From Cyanophora paradoxa CCMP329 (Eukaryota > Plantae > Glaucophyta), in assembly GCA_004431415.1 (NCBI GenBank), contig QPMI01000567.1, positions 1 through 64,000 on the forward strand: a stretch of 64,000 bases of DNA, in the 5' to 3' direction. This document shows positions 56,147 to 64,000 of the stretch, one piece after another. The notes below the pieces were generated by a model that did not search any database, had not been told where the DNA came from, and worked only from the letters and a program-made list of their open reading frames with translations. A program made the position numbers and the translations under genes. Within the stretch, counting starts at the first letter, position 1. Each line of letters opens with the position of its first letter.

Positions 56147-57449
56147 GAAGACCGGCTTGCACGGCGGGCGAACGTCCCGGCCTCTAGGGTCGAGTTCTAC
56201 CCACCGCTGCGGGGCAGCGGCCTCGGCGGCGACCGTCTCAGGCTCGAGCGGGGCGGCGTCGTCGGAAGCCTGCCCGCGGGCAGAGGGGCGACCTCGAGCC
56301 CGCGGCGCTGGCTTGGGGTCCGGGGGACCGGCCGAACGCGGATCTGGTGGCGAGCAGTCTCCGGGGAGAGCGAGCGTCGGCGCGGAGGCCCGGGAGGCGG
56401 CTCGCCCTCAGGGTCCTCCGGCTCCCACTCAATATGAATCGGCACCGGCCGATCCGAGGGGTCGACCGGGGAGCGCCAGTGGCGCGTGTTGTACTCATCT
56501 CGAGGCTGCCGCCTCAAGGCGGGGCCGCGAGGGAAGAGCGCGTCGGGATGCAGGGGCCGCGGCTCGGCAAATCCCTTGGCGCCCCACCGACGGGGCCCGG
56601 TTTCCGAGCGCTTCGGGACTCGCTCCGCAAGAGCGAGGGGAAGCCGTCAGCGTCGCAGGCGTCGGAGGGGACAGGCCCTTCCGGCAGCGACTCGTCATCG
56701 ATCTCGCCCGAGGCCTCGGCCTCTGCGTGAGCGTCCTCTAGCAGCGCGGCCGGGGCGCCCAGGTCGCCCTCAGGGGCGTCGGGCATCTCCGCGTCCGAGG
56801 GAGCCTCGCGCTCCTCGACAGCGGGCGCCGGGCCCGGCTCTCGTCGTTTCGGGGGCGGCGAGACCGACTCTGGCGCGGGAGGCGCGAAGCGCTCTGGGGC
56901 GGCCCGCGCTCGCTTGCGCGTGGCGGCGTCAGTAGCCGAGGCGGAGGCCTTGGCCTCAGCGAACCCAGCCGACGCAGCAAGCTTGGCGAGCTCGCGGGGC
57001 AGGCGTCGCGGCGCGCGCTCTGGCGGCGGGGGCTCGGCGTCGGAATCGGTTTCCGCAGCACCGCCAGCCTCACCCTCAGGCTCGGGCGCGGGCGCTTCAG
57101 GGGCGCCGGCGTCGGGCTCGGCCTCAGGAGCACTGGCTGGCACAGGGGCCGCGACTCCTCCTCTGCATAAGAGGAGCGGCCCGGCGGGGAAGAGGGGGCG
57201 CTCGCAGGCGCCGCCGGGGCGCTCGGCGTCTAGCGGCTCGGCCACCCTCGGCTGGGGCTTCCGCGCGGAAGCCGGCGGAGTTGGCGAGCTGGCGCAGGGC
57301 CCGCTCGGTCGGGCCCAGCTGCATCCTAAAGATGCCCAGCGGGACGTCGGGATCCTCAGGCTCAGCCCCTACAGCATGTTGCGGGATGCCGAAGCCTTCG
57401 GCGCCCTTGTAGGCCGCGGGCTTGGACGAGGAACCGTCTGCACCGCCTG

Positions 57450-58900
57450 GCTGCCAGACGGGGTGGTCCTTAGGGAGACGCGAGCACGCGTCGGGACCCC
57501 CGTTCTGCTTGCCAGGGCGGTAGACGATCTCAAAGTCGTAGGCCTGCAAGAGCAGGGACCAGCGACCGAGGCGGCCCGTCGTCGGGTCCAGCGTCTTCAG
57601 CCACTGGAGGCGTGGTGGTCGGTCCGCACCAGGAACTGGGGGCCGCCCAGCAGATAGTGGCGCCAATACTTAATGGCCCAGACTACTGCGAGGCACTCCA
57701 GCTCCGTAGCGGAGTAGTTCATCTCGGCCGGCAGCAGCGTGCGGCTGATGAACGCGAGCGGCCGCTCGACGCCTTTGTCGTCGGCCTGGCTCAGAATTGC
57801 GCCGATAGCGTAGGTGCTGGCGTCCGTCTGGAGAATGAAGGGCTTCGAGAAGTCCGGGAACCGCAATATAATATCGCGGCCCAGGAGTTCTTTCAGCTCC
57901 TTAAAGGCGCGGTCGGCGGGCCGTCCTCTGGCCAACTCCAGACGGCGTCCTTCAATAGAAGGCGCTGCATGGCGTGCACCACTTTGGAGAAGTTCTCGAC
58001 AAAGCGGCGGTAGTAGCCGGCGAGGCCGAGGAACGAGCGGAGCTCGTCCGCGTTCTTCGGCGTCTGCCAGTCCGTGATCACCTTGGTCTTCGCAGGGTCC
58101 TGGCGGATCCCTTCGGCGGAGATGCGGTGGCCGAGAAGGTCGATTTCAGGCACGCAGAAGCGGCACTTCGACGGCTTCAGGCGCAGGTTCGCCTTAGAGA
58201 TCGTCTCGAAGAGCGCCTTCAAGTCTAGAAGGTGCTGATCGATGGACGGTGAGAAGACCGTGATATCGTCGATGTACGCGACGACGCAGGTGGTCAGCAA
58301 GGGGCCCAGGATCGCAGTGATCGCGCGGGAGAATGCCGCGGGCCCGTTCGTGACCCCAAACGGCGTAACCTTCCACTGAAAGTGACCCCAGGGACCACAA
58401 ATGCAGTGTAGGCTCGGGAGCCGGGGTGCAGAGGCAGCTGCCAGAAGCCGGCAGTCGCGTCAGCAGTCGAGAAGACCATCGAGCCGCGGAGGCGCTCGAG
58501 CTGGTCGTCTATGCGGGGTAGGGGAAACACGTCCCGCTCGGTGATCTGATTCAGCCTCCGATAGTCGACACAGAAACGCCAAGTGCCGTCCTTTTTGGGG
58601 CCAGCACTACCGGCGAGCCATATGCCGCTTGGGAGGGCTCGATCAGCCCAAGCTCAAGGAGTTTCTGAATTTCCTTGCGGGCGTGTTCCTCGGCGTGCGG
58701 GTTCATACGCCGCGGAGGCGTGAACACCGGAAGGCGAGTCGTGAGTTTGATCACGTGCTCGTAATAGAGCAGGTTGCTGGTGCCCTCTTTGGCCTCGACC
58801 TTGTCTGCGAAGACATCCTTGTAGCGCCGCAGGAGCGCGTGAAGTTCGGCTTTCTGCGCCGTCGTGATTGACGGGTGAGAGCCGAGCTCAGGAATCTTCT
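57450..58900 (-). CDS. Gypsy reverse transcriptase and RNase H (frameshifted)
   Basis: FPLPRIDD, DATAGFWQL, YIDDI, LRSFLGLAGYYRRFV, LQTDAS, YSATELECLAVVWA, VRTDH and LGRWSLLLQAYDFEIVYRPGKQN. Confidence 0.95.
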
Positions 58901-59989
58901 TCAGCAGCTCTTGCCACTCCTCCTCTGCATTAGGCACCGGCCGCGGTGCCTCAGCGGGCTTCGCGTCGGGTGCTGCAGTCGTAGGGGTGGGGCATCGGGC
59001 CGGGCCGAAAGCGAGGCTGTGACCACACTCTGGGGTGGGGCCTCGGCGTCGGCGACCGGTGCGGCCTTGCGGACCGTAACGTCGCCGCGCATGGCGCGGA
59101 CTGCATCGAGCAAGTCGCGCTCCGCTTTTTCGGAGAGACCGGGAAGGTCGAGCGCAGGGTGGCGTCTCTGGGGACGGACACTGCCTCGACTGCGGCGACG
59201 AACTCGTCGACCGAGGGCCTGTGATCGGGGCCGGCGTTGGGGACGCGCTTCGTGACGACGTGCTCATAGCATCGTCGTCGAGGCTAATGATGCTCATAGC
59301 ATCAAGGTCCTGCAACGGCCGGTCGGCTGTGTCGAAGGGCAGCTCGCCAAACGTGACGACTATATCGTCGACGTCGTAGGCGGTGCGCGGGGTGGGTCGG
59401 CGGGCTCAGCAGGCGCTGCGCTAGACAGAGCGCGCTGCTTTTCCGCCTCATCTACGACAGAACGTAGGGTGGAGATTATTTTCTCAACGTCTTTGGCGGG
59501 CTCATATGCCGCGCCAAGCATGCGTGCTTTTCTATTAAAGTGGCGGAGTCCAGTGCGGCGTTTGGCAGGCACGATTCGCAGCCGGCGAATCAAGAGGTCT
59601 GTCAATGCACTCGCACTACAAGGCATTTGCTCAGGTTCGTACTCAAAATCACCAGGCGGTAGGGCGACCGCCGAAGCGACCGCTACTACCGATCCTAGCG
59701 GCAGGGTTACCGGCTGCCGGCCAGGATTGCACAACCGCACGTGAAACATTTTGTCTCCCGGGTGATTATGCAGCTGGTAAGGGCAGAGTACGCCCAAGGC
59801 TTGCGGGGACTCCGGCGACGGCTCGACGTAGAGGTGCGGCAACTCACGCGTTGCCGGGCCCTGCCCATTGAGCGTGCATGGGACGAGGGCCTCTCCGACG
59901 GGGAGCTTTACTGGTCCCAGGACTCGGACCAGGATCCCAAGCTGGTCCGGAGCCGAAAAGGACGACGACTTCGCGGTGCAGGTGGTCAC

Positions 59990-60370
59990 GGGCCCGGAGG
60001 CACCACCCGGACAGCGTCGTGTCGATCTGGCCGTGGACGGCCTGGATCGCGTCCAGGCCGAGCAGAATGTCCGGCTCAACGCCCATGGCGCCGCGCGGGA
60101 CGACGAAGACGCGGCGGCAGAAGCGGAGCGAGCCCAGAACGAAGACTACGTCGGCGCGGCGACAACGAATTTTGTCCCGGTCCATGAAACCGCGGACTAT
60201 CGTGTGGCCCTCGACGTAATTGACTTCGTCGGGCGGCAGGCGGTCGAGGACTTCCTGGGGAACTACAGTTCCCTGGGCGCCCGTGTCGACAACAATGCGA
60301 GCGGGCCGTTCAGCGCCGGAGCGGCCGTTCGGCAGGCGCATAGCAATGCTGCCGTGAATGTGCAGTGTCT
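59990..60370 (-). CDS. Retropepsin-type aspartic protease
   Basis: IVVDTGAQ catalytic motif and DILLGLD. Confidence 0.85.
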
Positions 60371-60745
60371 TTGGCCGGAAGAATTCCAGGGCCCGGTCGC
60401 GCGGGAAGCTAGGTCGGGCGCGGCGGACGTGGAATTCTGGTTCCGGCGGCGCGGGTGGACCCGACAGGTCCGTTGCGCTTGCGGTTGGGATGGGGCCGGG
60501 ACTGGCGAGCCGCGGCTCGCTCGGCGACTCGGCGCTGCTCTGCCTGGTCGGCCAACGGCGAGGGCTTGGTCCGCTTGCGCGGGCCCGGGCCGTGGCGGTT
60601 GGCGTAGAGCAACTCGTCGCTGGGCGGGTCATAGCCGGCGCGCGTTCCCAGCGGCGTCTCCTCTGCCGGGCGGGGCACGGCGAGGGACGGGCGGTTTTTG
60701 GAGCCCAGGGCGTGGCCCGCGGCATGAGAGCTTCCTCGTCGGAGG

Positions 60746-63700
60746 TCAGGCCTCGGGGTAAATGATCGCGGCGGCCTCGAGCGCGTTCTGCGGGGCGAAC
60801 GCCGCTGTCGGCGCTGAACCCGAGAACCACGCGCGAGTCGGCCGTGGCGGGGCCTTGTAGCCCGTTTTGCGCATCGAGATGCCGTAGCGGTCCATGATCG
60901 CCTGATGCACCGCGCGTAAGGCGGGCTCCAGGGTCTTTGGATCGACCTGCAGCATTTGCGCGGGTTCGACAGCCAGTTGAAGACCAGCACGGTCGAGCGC
61001 GGCCCGAGCTTGTGCAGCAGGCGGCGGGCCCAGGCCGGCGCAGGCTCGCGGCTCTTTGGTGGGGCCGGGCGGGCGGCGCGGCTGGCGCCGCGGCGCGACT
61101 GTTTGAGCGGGCGGCTCGTGGACGACCGTCTGGACGCGGCGGATCGAGATGTACTTCTCGTCCGCCGGCACCGGCACAGCGGCCCGGACCGACGCCGGCG
61201 TATGCAAGTGGGCGGGAAGGTCACAGGGCGCGCGGGCCTCGTGCCCGCGGGGTGACGACGCTTCTGCGACGGTGTATACCGCGAAGAAGGGCTTTGGGTT
61301 GGCTTTTGCCGCGGCCTGCATTGCCACGCGAGCCTCGTGCTGGCGCTCGCGCTCAAGCAAGGCTCGCCAGTCTTTGGTGCGATCGAGCGTGGCCCGCAGA
61401 GCCTCGAGATCGGCACGGGGCCCGTCTGGGAGGAGCGAGATCATCATGCCCGTCTCCCCAGCGGAGAGGCTGATCTGCATATCGATGCCGGCCCGGAGGG
61501 CGCGGCAGACGTCTTCCAGGGCCCGCCGAGCGGCCTGCTTTGCCTGGGCGAAGGCTTCGTCTGAGACCTTCTGAGCGCCGCCGGGCTTGGCGCGCGTCTC
61601 GGCGTGGCTAGCGGCGGTGCGGATCTGGCGCTCGACTGTTTGAAGCCAAAGCCCCAATTCCGTGACCCCTTGGCCCCGGATCTTCACGTCGCGGCAGCTC
61701 GAGCACTCGCGCACAAACTGCAGGAGGCCCCCTGCTGGGACGTCAGCCTGGGGGTTGAAAGTCGTGGCGGCGGAGGCGCGCGGCGCGGCCACTGAGGCGC
61801 GCGGCTGCTCCGGCGTCGACTGGTCTGCGCGCGGCGGCTCGGCCTGGCTCGCACGCGATGACCGCTCCTGGGCCTGAGAGATGGAGGCGCGACCCTCCGC
61901 AGGCTTGGACGGCGCCGCCGACTGCGGACCGGCCTCGCTCTGCCCCTCAGGCCCCTCTAGAAAGGGCTGCTGGCGCTCGTTGCGTCCGCCCGTCGGCGGC
62001 TGCCCACCCGATGGTGGCGCGGCGGCGCGGGCCGAGGACGACGCGGACTGAGCGTCCATCTGGTTCTGGAGCTTGATCAGGACCAGCGCGGTGGCCTGCT
62101 CAGCTCGCGCGGACGCCGAGAGCGAGTCTGGCATCTCAGCGTACTGCGCCTTCCAGACCATGTCGAAGAGCTCGCGCAATGTGGGCGGGCAGCCTCGCAG
62201 GCGGGCGTCGTTCTCGTGCCGCTTGTACGCAGCGTCTACGGCGCCGCGCGGCGGGTCCGGCGGGCGGCGAGAGGACTGGCTGCTGCGAGGGCTGCGGCGG
62301 TCTCGCGGCGAGGCGCGGTCGCGCGAGCCCTTCTTCGAGCTTTTGCGCCGCTTATCGTCATGGCGGGGCTCCGGCTCGGGCTCCGATCGCGCGAGCGCGA
62401 GCGGGAGCTAGAGCGGGACGGTGTTCGGCTCCGGCGGCGTTCCCGCGAGCCTCGGCGAGGGCTCCGCCTGTCGCGAGTGTCGCGAGCCGTGGACCGTCGG
62501 CTCGGCGGGCTGCGGTCGCGGCGCGGCGGCGAGCGATCACGGCGGTCCGGGGAGCGGCGGCGGGAGGCCTCGCGGTCCCGGCGGTCCGGCGAAGGGCGTC
62601 GGAGCCTCGCGATCGCGGCGTTCCAACGAACGGCGGGACGGCGGCGGCGCCCGGGATTGCCGGTGGGGCTCCGGGAGCGCTCGCGGCGCGTGGAGGGGCC
62701 CCGCGTCTCGCGCCTGTCTGGGGTGCGAGAGCGGCGACTGGACGGGGCTCGGCGCGGCTCGGGTGTGCGCGAGCGGCGCTGAGACGAGGCCCGCTCAGGG
62801 GTCCGGCGGGCCTGCGACGCGCGACTGGCCGTGTCGTCCCTGCGGCTCGAGCTTGCCTCGGCCTGGCGGCTCGAGCTGGGCGCGGCATCAAGGTCCGGGA
62901 GGGAGTCTCAGCCGGCGGGGCTTGGTCTGGCGGAGCGCTCTCGGCGATCCGCTCGACCTTCACCTTCCCGTCCGAGACGGTTACGCGCATGGTCTTGGGG
63001 TCATACCCCTGCTGCCGCGCGAGGAACGCATCCAGCCCGAACGGGTCGTTCGGGTCGACAGCGGGTTGTGCGGGTTGCGCCTGGCCACCGCCGCGGTCGC
63101 CGCCACGGTCACGGTGGCCTCGGCCGTCGCGACCGCGGTGCCGGCCGCCCCGCTGGTGACCCTGCCCGCGGCCGCCTCGGCCAACGGCCTGGCCCGCGTT
63201 GCGCCGGGCCGCGCCTGCTGCGGCGCCGTCGGCGGCGCGGCGGTCTGCGCAGCGGCCTGCGCCGGCGCGGGCGCCGACGGGGTGGCGGATGGCGCCGCCT
63301 CGGCGGGGTCGTCCGCGAGCCCGCCGACGATGGTTGAGGGCGGCTGGAACCGCACGCCCGCCCACGTCGCGCGGACCGCTCCTTCGTAGATCGGCTGGTA
63401 CGGCGTGCGAACCAGAAGGCTTTCGGCCTCCTTATCGACAGCCGCCGTCGCAGTCAGGCTGCGCCGGGCCGAGGGCGCGGCGCCCTTGTTCTGGACCGCG
63501 TCCCACATCAGCGCCGGGCGCAGAGCCTCAACGTCCCAGTCGGGAGCACGGGTCGTCCGTCTCCCAGTCGATCGGGCGCGCGAGGCGGATCGCGACATTC
63601 AGATCGGCGTAGAGCGAACGGAGCATCGTCTCGAACTGAGGCCGCAGGGGTATAGCCTCATCGGTAAAGATGAGCCCCAGCGGGAAGTTCCCGGGACAGT

Positions 63701-64000
63701 TCTCCAGCTCCTCGGCGGCGCGGGCGGCCTCGAGGTGGCGCTGTATCCCACTCTTGCCCCGGCGCCAAGGTCATCGCCGGCGGGCCACGCGTCCTCGGCG
63801 CCGGCCATCGGGGGCGAGCCGAGCTCAAGACGCTGGTACCCGAGACCGTGCGGCATGTTTGTGAGGTACGCGCGGATGCCGTCCGCCAGCGCGCGGGCAT
63901 CCGAGTCGGCGCACTCATCCCTCGTCATAGTGCGCAAGAGGGCCCTGAAGACCTCGGCCACGTTCTGGGGCATGGCGGCGTTCAGGGCGCACAGTTGTCC
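60746..64000 (-). CDS. Long gag/ORF1-like region including an Arg/Ser-rich tract (frameshifted)
   Basis: Protein-like minus-strand frames continue for >3 kb upstream of the protease; no canonical CCHC knuckle was recognised. Confidence 0.45.

Larger units (their letters stand above)
53634..64000 (-). mobile_element. Ty3/Gypsy LTR retrotransposon (5' end beyond the window; many frameshifts)
   Basis: Domain order on the minus strand is gag-like region, protease, RT, RNase H, integrase. Confidence 0.93.

Noticed and set aside
17215-64000. Naming the host species from intron style and GC content
   Set aside because: The short GC-rich introns suggest a protist or alga, but no marker gene is present to support a specific identification.

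Overview
This window looks like GC-rich, intron-containing eukaryotic (probably protist or algal) DNA. The assembly appears error-prone, with many single-base homopolymer indels. (1) 1-~17,214 is the right-hand part of an AT-rich endogenous small DNA virus (Polinton-like virus or NCLDV-like dwarf type). It encodes an A32-type packaging ATPase, a double-jelly-roll major capsid protein and two head-to-head penton paralogs. It also encodes a patatin phospholipase fused to an F5/8-C (discoidin) domain, a 1,964-aa phage-style fibre with an S74 chaperone, two paralogous spike-like proteins, a Zn-ribbon protein and a prokaryotic-type S-adenosylmethionine decarboxylase. The virus ends in a repeat-rich terminus with a nested-palindrome hairpin. 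(2) 17.4-26.3 kb holds a multi-exon host gene for a secreted Kelch-like/PT-linker protein, TA-flanked MITEs, a palindrome-dense tract and a ~143-bp minisatellite. (3) 26.3-52.6 kb holds two head-to-tail arrays of a 2.6-kb element with no recognisable coding capacity and exact, reused ends. The second array is three whole units inserted without a target-site duplication inside a MITE. The arrays are separated by a near-identical 9.4-kb duplicate of 13,528-22,932 (virus end plus host gene). (4) 53.6-64 kb is a minus-strand Ty3/Gypsy LTR retrotransposon. The most notable observations are the entry and metabolic gene set of the virus, a context-specific CpG depletion that marks the fibre gene as mosaic, and the precise tandem 2.6-kb element. 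All family assignments come from motifs recognised by eye; no database searches were run.
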